Source: an uncultured delta proteobacterium (GTDB lineage Bacteria > Myxococcota_A > Polyangia > Haliangiales > Haliangiaceae). Taken from it: 64,000 bases of DNA. Below the pieces are notes generated by a model that saw nothing but the letters and a program-made list of their open reading frames with translations, was not told where the DNA came from and did not search any database. Shown one piece after another: positions 12,121 through 21,109 of the stretch. A program made the translations under genes and the position numbers. Within the stretch, counting starts at the first letter, position 1; the number at the start of each line of letters is the position of its first letter. The stretch spans positions 576,001 to 640,000 of the forward strand of contig CAWKDB010000002.1 of NCBI GenBank assembly GCA_963848295.1, in the 5' to 3' direction.

Positions 12121-12330
12121 GCGCGCCAAGCGCGGATCCCCCACCCAAAGGTTCTTAATAATCGCGGCTTAGGTGTTCTTAATGCGGTGATCTTTTCGGT
12201 CGCGGTGTGTCCTGGGCTTCACGAGCCAAGCTACTGTGGCGCAACGACGACAGAGCGCAACCGTGGCAATCCTGGGGCATCCTTGACAGTTGCGACGGCT
12301 GGTCCCTAAAGTGCCAGCCCGGAGGCTTAT

Positions 12331-13560
12331 TTGAGCGACTCGAAGAAGAGCGGTAGCCGAGACATCAGCGAGCTCAAGCAACGCCTTGGGCTCAAGAAAG
12401 GGGCCGCGCCCGGCGCCTCGACGCCGCGCAGCCAATCCGCCGGCGTGGTGCCGCCTCCCGGCTTGAACCTCCAGCCCCCGCCTGGGCTCGCTCCGCCCGC
12501 ACCGGCGCAGCCCGCGATTCCGAACGCGCACGACGATCCGTTCGGCGCGATGAACGCGATGGCCGCGGTCGGCACGGTGCAACGCGCGCCCGAGATCGTG
12601 ATCGTCAACGACGGCAGGCCGGTCGAAAACGTCGGCTCGGGCTCGGGCTCGATCGTCAAGATCATCATCCCGGCCGTGCTCGCCCTCGCGATCGGCGCGG
12701 CGATCGGCAACATCGGTGCGAGTGCGAGCGCGTACAACCGCGAGGTCGTCGGCGCCAAAGCAATCCTCGGCGACAGGGCGACCGGTCCGAGCTTCCTCGG
12801 TCTACGCGCGTCGCTGTCGTCGCTCGACTCGCTGCTCGAACAAGCGAAGAAGTCGAACTTCGCGCCCGACGCTGCGGTCGACAAGCAACTCGAAGCGCTC
12901 GCGGCAAAGCTCGACGTCGACGACAGCAAGATCTTCAGCACGAAGCTCGATGCATTCGAACCGGCGGAAGCGAGCCAGGTCGTCGGGTTCTACGCCGGCG
13001 TCGCCGAGATCAAGCAGATGCTCGACGACCACATGAAAGCGGCCAAGAGCGATGACCTCGCGATCAAGGCCGGCAAGAAGGCGACCCAGGACGCGACGCT
13101 CACCGACGCCGAGAACGCCTCGCTCGCCGGCAGCCTCCGTTACGCCTTCCTGATGTCCGCACCGACCGACACCGAGCAAGCGGCCTTCGGCGCCAAGCTC
13201 GTCGAGCTCGGCCCGCCGTACTGCAACGACAAGCTGTCGACCACCGGGAAGTGCGCGGAGGGCGAATCGCCGTCGGCATACACCTATCGCAACGAGCCGG
13301 GCGCGCTCTGGTCGAAGGGCGAGCTCGCGTCGCCTGGCACCGACAGCGTACCGACGAAGAAGCTCGTGATGCTGCTGCCGAACGGCATCCGCGACGCGGT
13401 GATCAAAGGCAGCGACCCGGGCGCGTCCGAGGCGCTGTACGTCCATCGCCTGAGGGCCATCTCCGAACGGACCAAGAAGCTGTTGGCCGACTCGGTGAAG
13501 CTCGAGACGACGATCTCGACCGTCGCGAACAAGGGCAAACGCTTTTCGTTCTTCATGTAG
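12331..13560 (+). CDS. Hypothetical membrane-anchored protein (Pro-rich N-terminus, one TM helix)
   Basis: 409-aa ORF, GGAGG RBS, upstream TTGACA-18-TAAAGT at 12283-12312. Confidence 0.8.
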   Translation: MSDSKKSGSRDISELKQRLGLKKGAAPGASTPRSQSAGVVPPPGLNLQPPPGLAPPAPAQPAIPNAHDDPFGAMNAMAAVGTVQRAPEIVIVNDGRPVENVGSGSGSIVKIIIPAVLALAIGAAIGNIGASASAYNREVVGAKAILGDRATGPSFLGLRASLSSLDSLLEQAKKSNFAPDAAVDKQLEALAAKLDVDDSKIFSTKLDAFEPAEASQVVGFYAGVAEIKQMLDDHMKAAKSDDLAIKAGKKATQDATLTDAENASLAGSLRYAFLMSAPTDTEQAAFGAKLVELGPPYCNDKLSTTGKCAEGESPSAYTYRNEPGALWSKGELASPGTDSVPTKKLVMLLPNGIRDAVIKGSDPGASEALYVHRLRAISERTKKLLADSVKLETTISTVANKGKRFSFFM

Positions 13561-13723
13561 CGGCGCCCGCAAGCGGGCGGCCCCTCGCGCCGAGGTGTCG
13601 GCCGTCCTTGCTTCGCCGGACAGCCGATTGATCAAATGCGCTCGGGGCTGAATTCCTCGCCCGGGTTGCTCGTCTGCCTTGAGCGGTCAGACTCGTGTGA
13701 GTACGATGCGCTCCGGAGGACAT

Positions 13724-14596
13724 ATGGCACGGTTCCGTAACGCTCTCGCTCTCTCGACGGCCTTGGCCCTGGTGTCCGCGAGCGCGCTCGCGGCCGGCAC
13801 CAAGCCAGCTCCCGCCGCGAAGGCCGCACACGCCGCCAAGAGGAGGCCGGCTCCGCCGCTGTCCGCCAACCACAAGAAGGCGCTCGCCGAGCTCTATGCC
13901 GGCTTCAAGTTCGGCATGACGAAGGACGACGTGCTCGGTGTCCTGCAGAAACAGATCGACGAAGCGTCCGAGGACAAGCTCAAGGCGACGACCGACATCG
14001 CCGCCCAGGATCGCATCCGCAGGGACAGGAAAGCCGAGCTCGCGCGCATCGCATCGAGCTACACCGCGTTTGAAACGAAGAGCACGGGTTGGGACGTGTC
14101 GATCATCGCCGGCGAGTTCGCCCACAACACCGGCGAGTCGTTGATGGACCGCTGGGAGAACTCGGGCGGCAAGAACCAGCGCCGGTTCTTCTTCTTCTAC
14201 AACGGCAGGCTGTGGAAGATGTTCGTGTCGCTCGACGTGTCGATCCTTCCCGAAGACAAGAAGAACTTCGAGACGTTCCGCGGCATCCTCGAGGGGAAAT
14301 ACGGCGGCGGTGACGTCGGCGACACCACGATCACGTGGCGCGCGGGCGACTTCGACGTGCGCGCCATCGATCGGCTCAAGGACTACGACGCGCTCGGCCT
14401 CGTGATCGAGGATCCACGTACGCGCGGCGAGGTCGAAGCGCTGCGCGTGACGAAGGCACCGCCGAAAGAGCAGATCAGCCCGGTGATCAAGGCGATCGTC
14501 GATCCCGACGATAAGGATCATCCGAACGTCAAATCGGACTCGGGCGCGGTCGACGCCGTGATCAAGGCCCAGGGCGGCCCGGCCCCGAGGAAGTAA
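13724..14596 (+). CDS. Exported hypothetical protein
   Basis: GGAGGA RBS; signal peptide MARFRNALALSTALALVSASALA. Confidence 0.82.
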   Translation: MARFRNALALSTALALVSASALAAGTKPAPAAKAAHAAKRRPAPPLSANHKKALAELYAGFKFGMTKDDVLGVLQKQIDEASEDKLKATTDIAAQDRIRRDRKAELARIASSYTAFETKSTGWDVSIIAGEFAHNTGESLMDRWENSGGKNQRRFFFFYNGRLWKMFVSLDVSILPEDKKNFETFRGILEGKYGGGDVGDTTITWRAGDFDVRAIDRLKDYDALGLVIEDPRTRGEVEALRVTKAPPKEQISPVIKAIVDPDDKDHPNVKSDSGAVDAVIKAQGGPAPRK

Positions 14597-14610
14597 ACGC
14601 CGACCGGCTC

Positions 14611-17600
14611 CTAGTTGCCGATCGACTGCGGGCTGTTGGACATCGAGGCGGACTCGCTCGCCGTGGTCAGCGCATCTGGCGTCACGTTGACGTCGAGCTC
14701 GCTGCCGCTGACCGAGCCGTGGCAACCGGCGCACACCGAGTCGAAGAGGCGATCGCCTTGCGCATTCGTCTGCTGCACGCCCATCGACATGTGCTCGCCA
14801 GGTCCGAGCTGATGCTCCTCGCCCATCGTGACGACCGGGTTGCCACTGCTGTCTTGCAGCTCCAGCACGACGCCGGTCTCCGCCGGTAGCTTGACGAGCA
14901 CCGAACCGTCGCTCGCGAGCGGCGCGGTGCCGAGCAGCGTCCGCATCTGGTAGATGCCCATCGTGTTCGCGGTGCACGAGGTGCCGGGCGGGCACATCCC
15001 TTCGGAGTACACCGCGAGCTGCGTCGCCTTGCGGAACTGATCGACCGGGCGGCCGAGGCGCAGATTCCCGGTGAGCATGGTGAACAGCATCGGCGCGTCC
15101 GGCATGTGGAGCGTCGCATGTGCGTTGTCCATCGGGTCGACCGTGCCGTTGCCGAACACGAGCTGGCGGCGGTTGTTGTACATCTCGCGCGCCGGGTACT
15201 TGTACGCGAGCACCGCGTCGACGCCGCCGTTGATGAGCACCCGGTAGTAGTTCGGATCGGTCGCGGGGTCGCGCCGCGGGTTGACCGCGACGATGTCCCA
15301 GCTGGCGCCCCCATCGGTCGTGTACGACACCATGATCTCGCCGCTCGGGAGATAGAACGGCGCGCGATAACCGGTGGTGACGCCGGCGCGGCCGGTCGCG
15401 GCCGGATCGCCGAGGAACTTCACCGAAGGTAGATAGCCTGTGTCGTCGCGGCCGAGCGAGAACGGGCCGACGCTGCGATTGAACGTCGCGAGCGCGCCGA
15501 GCGCGCCATCGGCATCGGACAGGATGATCGTGAACGAGCCGTCATTGCCCTCGCGGATATCGGTCGCCGCGCTGTAGCCGATCGACGGCAGCGTCTTGGT
15601 CAGGTCGGTGAGATCCGCGTACGGCGAGCTCGAGCGCTGCGCGAGCAGCGGGTGGTAGTCCGTCATGTCCCAGTTCATGCGCCGGCCCGAGAGCTGGTAG
15701 AAGCCGGGGCTCACCTTCTCGGTCGTCATCGTCATCCGGCCTTCGCGCATGAAGTGCGGCGAGATCTCCGAGTTCGACAAGAACGTCATCTGCACCGGCG
15801 GCGGCATCGGACTGCCGAGGTCTTGGCGCCAGATGTCAGACTGCGGACCGCCTGCCGCGAGTCGCGCGCGCGTCAGCGACGGGCCGACGCCGGCCTTGCC
15901 GCGAGTCGAAGCGTAGACGACCGACAGGCCGTCGGGCGACCACGCCGGATCGAAGTTGTCCACGTTCAGGCCACCGACCGCCGGCTCGTCCGGCGTGAAT
16001 TGCGTGCACACGCCGGTGGAGATCACGACGGTGTACACGCTGAGCGGCTGATTCGGGCCCTTGCGTGCCGCGAACACGACGGTGTCGCCATCGTTCTTGA
16101 CGTCGGGCGCATGCACATCGGCCGTGCCGGCGACGAGCCCGGCGCAGTTCGCGAGCAGCGACACCGGCGCGCCGACCTTCACCATGCCCTGGCCGAACTT
16201 GTCGGCGAAGCTGACCGGTTGCGCGAGGAGATCGGAGCCGCCTTCGTCTTGGTCGTACTCCAGGCGGCCGAGCTTCGAGCCACCCGGCCGGCTGACGTAG
16301 ACGATCGAGACCGACGTATCGGTCGGATCCATCGCGGACACCGCCGGGCCCAGCGCGGCGCGCTCGACGTCGAGCCAGTCTTGCAACAGGCAGAACGCCG
16401 GCGTGTCGGTCGCGGGCGTCGGGGCCGCCGGATCGAACGCCGGGCACGTCGCCGGATCCGCGACGGGCCTTTGCAGCGGCGCACTGCACGCCGGGCAGTT
16501 CGGCGTCTCGAGCACCGAGCCCGCGCGGTGAGCGATGCCACCGACCTGAGTCGGATCGTTGTCGCTGATCCGCGCGTCGTCGAACAAGATCGTCTTGGCG
16601 ACCGCGCGACCGCGACGGACGTCGGGGTACTCGAGCGCCATGAAGTCGTTCCTCAGCAGCTCGTAGTTCTTCTCGAGCGAGACGTTCGAGAAGAACCCTT
16701 GGGTACCGCTGCGCAGCTTGAAGTCGTTGAACGCCTGTGGGCTGTGACACGCCTGGAACTCGCAGCCGCGCTGCAGCAACACCGGCTGGACGTAGGTCGC
16801 GAAGAAGGTCCGGCCCGGATCGCCCACGCCGAACACCGGTTGCGAACCCGCCACCGAGGTCGCCCAGTTCAGCAGCGTCACGTAGTCGCCGTCGGTCGTC
16901 GACGCGAACTGATCGCCACCGGTGTGGCCGCGACCGCCCGCGGCAACCGCGAGCGGCACGCGCAACAGCGACGAGTCGGACACCGTCGGTGCGACGAACT
17001 TCGCCGCCTGGGTGAAGTTGAACGCGATCTGAGTGTCGTCGTTGCCGCACGTGATGTAGAAGTCCGATTGCTGGGCGCCGTGGCAGTTGCTCGAGGCGCA
17101 GCCGTGATTGCCGAAGTCGGTCAGGATCGGCTGGACGCCCGACTTGAACGCGCCGAAGTTCGGATCGGCTTGCGCCGCCGTCGGGTCGAACGCCGAGCCG
17201 TCGGGGTTCGGTGGGATCAGCGTCGAGCACGCGCCGTTGCCGGTCTGCGCCGGGGTCGCCGGCTTGAGCCCGTCCTCGGTCGCACCGTTCTCCAGCCATG
17301 TCTGCAACGTGTTGAAGCCGTCGGAGTCGACCGCGAAGATCGCCCCGCCGCCGTGGAACACGTCGATCGGGATGAAGCCGTCGCCGTACTGCATCTGCAG
17401 CTTCGTGGAAGCGTCGGCCGGGTTCGGATCGAGGGTCAGTGGCGCGACCGCCTTGATCAGCAGGAGCGGATACGGATACGCGCCGAACCGGGTCAGCACG
17501 TCGCGCCGCTTCGAGATCGAGGCAAACGACGTGACGTCGAGGTTGCCGACCAAGATCTGGGCCGGGCCCTCCGTCGGATCCACGGCATGACAGCCCGAGA

Positions 17601-17751
17601 CGTTGCCGGCGCAGTGCTGCTTGAGCACGGGCTCGACGACGCGGTCGAAGTACGTCGTGCCTGGCGCCGAATCGCACGAACCGCAGCCGCCGACTGCGAT
17701 GCTCCCAGCGACACCAAGGGTGACGAGGAAGCTTACCCAACGTAGCTTCAT
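14611..17751 (-). CDS. Putative multiheme lipoprotein with PD40/TolB-like propeller and hydrazine synthase alpha-like region
   Basis: Lipobox-like AVGGC; CAGNVSGCH, CASSNCH, CEFQACH, CAGCH; NFDPAWSPDG; LLGTAPLASDGSVLVKLPA. Confidence 0.8.
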   Translation of the reverse strand: MKLRWVSFLVTLGVAGSIAVGGCGSCDSAPGTTYFDRVVEPVLKQHCAGNVSGCHAVDPTEGPAQILVGNLDVTSFASISKRRDVLTRFGAYPYPLLLIKAVAPLTLDPNPADASTKLQMQYGDGFIPIDVFHGGGAIFAVDSDGFNTLQTWLENGATEDGLKPATPAQTGNGACSTLIPPNPDGSAFDPTAAQADPNFGAFKSGVQPILTDFGNHGCASSNCHGAQQSDFYITCGNDDTQIAFNFTQAAKFVAPTVSDSSLLRVPLAVAAGGRGHTGGDQFASTTDGDYVTLLNWATSVAGSQPVFGVGDPGRTFFATYVQPVLLQRGCEFQACHSPQAFNDFKLRSGTQGFFSNVSLEKNYELLRNDFMALEYPDVRRGRAVAKTILFDDARISDNDPTQVGGIAHRAGSVLETPNCPACSAPLQRPVADPATCPAFDPAAPTPATDTPAFCLLQDWLDVERAALGPAVSAMDPTDTSVSIVYVSRPGGSKLGRLEYDQDEGGSDLLAQPVSFADKFGQGMVKVGAPVSLLANCAGLVAGTADVHAPDVKNDGDTVVFAARKGPNQPLSVYTVVISTGVCTQFTPDEPAVGGLNVDNFDPAWSPDGLSVVYASTRGKAGVGPSLTRARLAAGGPQSDIWRQDLGSPMPPPVQMTFLSNSEISPHFMREGRMTMTTEKVSPGFYQLSGRRMNWDMTDYHPLLAQRSSSPYADLTDLTKTLPSIGYSAATDIREGNDGSFTIILSDADGALGALATFNRSVGPFSLGRDDTGYLPSVKFLGDPAATGRAGVTTGYRAPFYLPSGEIMVSYTTDGGASWDIVAVNPRRDPATDPNYYRVLINGGVDAVLAYKYPAREMYNNRRQLVFGNGTVDPMDNAHATLHMPDAPMLFTMLTGNLRLGRPVDQFRKATQLAVYSEGMCPPGTSCTANTMGIYQMRTLLGTAPLASDGSVLVKLPAETGVVLELQDSSGNPVVTMGEEHQLGPGEHMSMGVQQTNAQGDRLFDSVCAGCHGSVSGSELDVNVTPDALTTASESASMSNSPQSIGN

Positions 17752-17828
17752 AGCTTGATCCTACTCCTAAAATGCGACGAGCCGCGCTTTGCAAGCGCGG
17801 CCCGGATCACGACTCTAGGTCCCGGAGC

Positions 17829-18659
17829 TCAGTGCAACGAGGCGAGCGCGGCTTTGGCCACACCGCTGACGAAGCCCGACGGGTCCTTCGATGCCGCGGT
17901 CAGCGCCTCACGCGAGCTCTCTGCGCCGATCTTGCCGAGCGCCCACGCCGCGTTGTGGCGAACTTGCGAGTTGGCATCGTTGACGACCATCGCATCGAGC
18001 GCCCCGACCGCCGCGCCGTCGCGAAGCGCCCCGACCACAGCCGCCGCTTGAGCGCGCACCCCCGCGTCCGAGTCGGCCAACAGCGGCTCGACCGGTTGCG
18101 CGGAGAGCTGGTTCGATATTTCGCGCCACGCAGCGACCGCCGCCGCGCGGACCGCAGGATCGGCGTCGGCCATCCCGGCCTGCAAGACCCCGTTGCCCTT
18201 CACCGTGCCGAGGCGTTTGATCGCGCGGACGATCGCGAGCTTCGCGTCGCTGTTCACCTTGCCGAACGCCGTCTGCATCGCCGGCAGCGTATCGTACTGG
18301 CGCAGCGTGCCGAGGAAGTCGGCCGCGTTGCGGACCGACGTCGAGTCACTGCCCGCGAGGTTCGCCTTCATCGTCACGATCATCTGGTTGCGCAAACCAA
18401 TGCGTTTGCCGAACCACCAGGCCGCGACTTCGCGGATCTCGTAGCGCGAGTCGGTGAGCAGGCTGCCGACGGACTGCACGCAATCGCCGCAGACCAGCCC
18501 TTCGGCGCGCTCTACCTCAGCGATGATGGCGTCCGTCGAGTTCGATGCAATCGCGCTCTGAATCGCTGCCGCACTACCACCCTTACCAGCGACGGCCGGG
18601 GCAGACGAAGCAGCGATAGCGAGGGCAACCGCGGCGAGTTTTTTACCGATGTTCTTCAT
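17829..18659 (-). CDS. Exported HEAT-repeat protein
   Basis: Signal peptide; repeated 'D..VR..AA.ALG' units; GGAG RBS. Confidence 0.88.
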   Translation of the reverse strand: MKNIGKKLAAVALAIAASSAPAVAGKGGSAAAIQSAIASNSTDAIIAEVERAEGLVCGDCVQSVGSLLTDSRYEIREVAAWWFGKRIGLRNQMIVTMKANLAGSDSTSVRNAADFLGTLRQYDTLPAMQTAFGKVNSDAKLAIVRAIKRLGTVKGNGVLQAGMADADPAVRAAAVAAWREISNQLSAQPVEPLLADSDAGVRAQAAAVVGALRDGAAVGALDAMVVNDANSQVRHNAAWALGKIGAESSREALTAASKDPSGFVSGVAKAALASLH

Positions 18660-18683
18660 GGTTGTTCTCCTTGGTTCCCGCGG

Positions 18684-20957
18684 TTACTGCGCGTTCTTCG
18701 GGTTGTTCTCGCGAGCGTAGAAGTTCACGCCCATGTCAGCAGCGAGGATCAACTTGTAGAACTCCGTCGGAGTGAGCTCGGCGTAGTTCGCACCGTTCAT
18801 CGAGTGCGGCGGGTTGGCCGCGACGTCGAACGCGCGGACCGTCGAATCGGGGTTCGGGAACAGCTGGGTCGGGTTGACCTTCTGGATGACCGGGGAGTGC
18901 GCCGCGTCGGTGGGCAGCATGTAGATCTTGAAGTCACCGACGATCATCAGGTTGTTCTTCTCGATGGCTTCCATGTCCGGGCCGGCCATCGTGAAGTACG
19001 AGTTCGAGAAGGTCTCCATGTTCGCTTCGGTGTCGTCGGCGCCGTAGTTGACGGTCATCGGCGTGTTCGACAGGTCGAAGTGCCAGTTGAGGACGACCGC
19101 GCCCGTCGCCGGGTTGATGATCTGGTAGGCGCCGATGTCGGTGCCGGTCGTCGCGTTGTGGCAGCTGACGCACTTGGCGTCGAACACCGGTTGGACGACG
19201 TCATCCCAGCCCATGCCGACGAGCTTGGCCGTCGAGGCCAGCGTCGTCGCCGCGTCGCCCGCGGGGTCGATGATGTCGGGGTTGGCGAAGTCAGCGGCCG
19301 CCATCATGCGGTCGGCGCGAGCGATGGTGCCCATGTCAGCGGTCGGGCCAACGGCGCCGGCTTGCGTGATGCCCGGGTTGATGACGGTGGTCGCGGCGCG
19401 GTCTTCGTGGCAACCGCCACACACGCGCGATTCGTTCGCGCGGCCCGAGAACCACACGGGCTCGTTGAACAGCGACATGCCGAACTTGTCGACCGTCTGG
19501 AGGTGAACCGGGATGTTGGCCGGCACCGAGGCGAGCCAGCTGCCGTCCGGTTGGACCGGGTTGACGCCGAGGTTCGCATGGCCTTCGAACATCGTCGTGC
19601 CGAACATCTCGGGGAAGCCCTCTTCCGACGAGAAGCCTTCCATCGCGCGGACGCCGAAGATCTCGCCCGGGTTGAACGTGTGGAGCGTCGAGTCGTAGAC
19701 GTTCATCGAGCCGATCAACGTTTGACCGTTGAGCGTGTTGTCGCTGGTCGAGCTCGCCAGCGCCGGCGCGTTACGCGGGGCGAGCGGGCGAGCGAAGATG
19801 TCCCACATGTTGGGATCGTCGAGGATCGGGCTGCGAGTCTGGGTCTCCGTGTTGTAGAGGTAGATGCCGAAGTTCGCCGACAGGCCAGCGGCCGCGAGCG
19901 TACCCGACTCGACCGGGCCATCGGCCCACGACACGAGCAGGTCGGCGTTCTCTTTCGCGTTCAACGGGAACGCGTCGTAGTAGCGGCCGATGGTGTCCGC
20001 CGACGGCGAGTTGTCGAGCGGGACGTCCGGGGTCCAGTTGACGTAGCTCGCGTTCGCTTCCGACATGCGGTCGGCCGCGCTGACGTTTCCGTCGGAGTCC
20101 GTCGACGGGAAGCCGAGGCGGACATCGAGCAGCGCACCGGCGTTGATCGTGCGGTTACGAGCCGTGCCGATCGCGACGAACCGGCCGGGCGAAATCTCGC
20201 GCGCCTTGAGGGTCGAGTTCGACGCCGCGGTGCCTTCTTTGCCGAAGGCTTCACGCAGGTCCGTCATGTCCGAATCGACGAACATGAGGTGGCCGGCGTT
20301 CATCGGGCCGAGGTGGTCCCACTGGGTCATGATCACGCGACCATCGGACGCAAGGCTGATGCCGGTGCGGTGCGACAGGTTGCGCGGTCCGAGGTTTTCG
20401 TTCGTGCCGTCGATACCGATCGTGCCGAGCTGCGTGGTCGTGCCGCGCTCGTATTCGTCTTCGAACTGGTTCGCGCCTGGCTCGACCACGGCGTTGCTGG
20501 TGAACATGATCTGATCGCCGGGGAGGTAGATCGGCGAGACGTAATCACGTTGCGGGTCGGTCGCGAGCGCGGTGACCGTGCCGTCGGCGATGTTGACGCG
20601 GTAGAGGCCGTACGTGCCGCTATCCGACAGCTTGCCAGCGAACACGATCTCCTTCGCGTCGAAGGACAGGTCGTAGCTGTTGATGTCGATGTTGGCGTAC
20701 TCCGGGCCCGCCTGATCGCAGCAGATGGTCGTCAGCGTGCCATCGGCCGTCGGCGGCGAAAGCTCCACGATCCTCGCGCCGGCGATGTACGAGGTGTACT
20801 GGAAGATGTCACCCATGTCGTTGCGCTTTGGGCGCTGCAGGATGATCAGGGAGTCGACATTGCCGAGCGGTCCCGTATTGTCGTCGCCACCACAGCCCAT
20901 CTGGGCGCTGGTGAACAGCGCGGCGCCGATCGCGATGCTCTTCAATTGGTTCTTCAC
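18684..20957 (-). CDS. Hydrazine synthase alpha (HzsA)-like lipoprotein with two CxxCH motifs
   Basis: AQMGC lipobox; SFDAKEIVF; VQPDGSWLASVPANIPVHLQTVDKFG..CGGCH; VVQPVFDAKCVSCH; GGAGGAG RBS. Confidence 0.85.
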   Translation of the reverse strand: MKNQLKSIAIGAALFTSAQMGCGGDDNTGPLGNVDSLIILQRPKRNDMGDIFQYTSYIAGARIVELSPPTADGTLTTICCDQAGPEYANIDINSYDLSFDAKEIVFAGKLSDSGTYGLYRVNIADGTVTALATDPQRDYVSPIYLPGDQIMFTSNAVVEPGANQFEDEYERGTTTQLGTIGIDGTNENLGPRNLSHRTGISLASDGRVIMTQWDHLGPMNAGHLMFVDSDMTDLREAFGKEGTAASNSTLKAREISPGRFVAIGTARNRTINAGALLDVRLGFPSTDSDGNVSAADRMSEANASYVNWTPDVPLDNSPSADTIGRYYDAFPLNAKENADLLVSWADGPVESGTLAAAGLSANFGIYLYNTETQTRSPILDDPNMWDIFARPLAPRNAPALASSTSDNTLNGQTLIGSMNVYDSTLHTFNPGEIFGVRAMEGFSSEEGFPEMFGTTMFEGHANLGVNPVQPDGSWLASVPANIPVHLQTVDKFGMSLFNEPVWFSGRANESRVCGGCHEDRAATTVINPGITQAGAVGPTADMGTIARADRMMAAADFANPDIIDPAGDAATTLASTAKLVGMGWDDVVQPVFDAKCVSCHNATTGTDIGAYQIINPATGAVVLNWHFDLSNTPMTVNYGADDTEANMETFSNSYFTMAGPDMEAIEKNNLMIVGDFKIYMLPTDAAHSPVIQKVNPTQLFPNPDSTVRAFDVAANPPHSMNGANYAELTPTEFYKLILAADMGVNFYARENNPKNAQ

Positions 20958-21109
20958 AGTGCTCCTCCTCGAAAACGAGTGAAGGGCACTAGTACAAGCT
21001 CCAGGCCAAGCTTAAATCTCGTGATTTCAGCCGGTTGATTGTGGGATCGCTCGGGGTCAGAGCCCCCTATTCGGACCCTTCGGGGGCCGGGAGCCCCAAG
21101 CCGCTGTAG

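Noticed and set aside
14611..20957. Anammox hydrazine synthesis pathway
   Set aside because: Only alpha-like domains are present; no hzsB/hzsC or hydrazine dehydrogenase genes, and the context is myxobacterial
21050..21103. GC hairpins after mutS (GGGGTCAGAGCCCC; CCCTTCGGGG)
   Set aside because: Single occurrence in the window with no U-tract; cannot separate REP, terminator or chance
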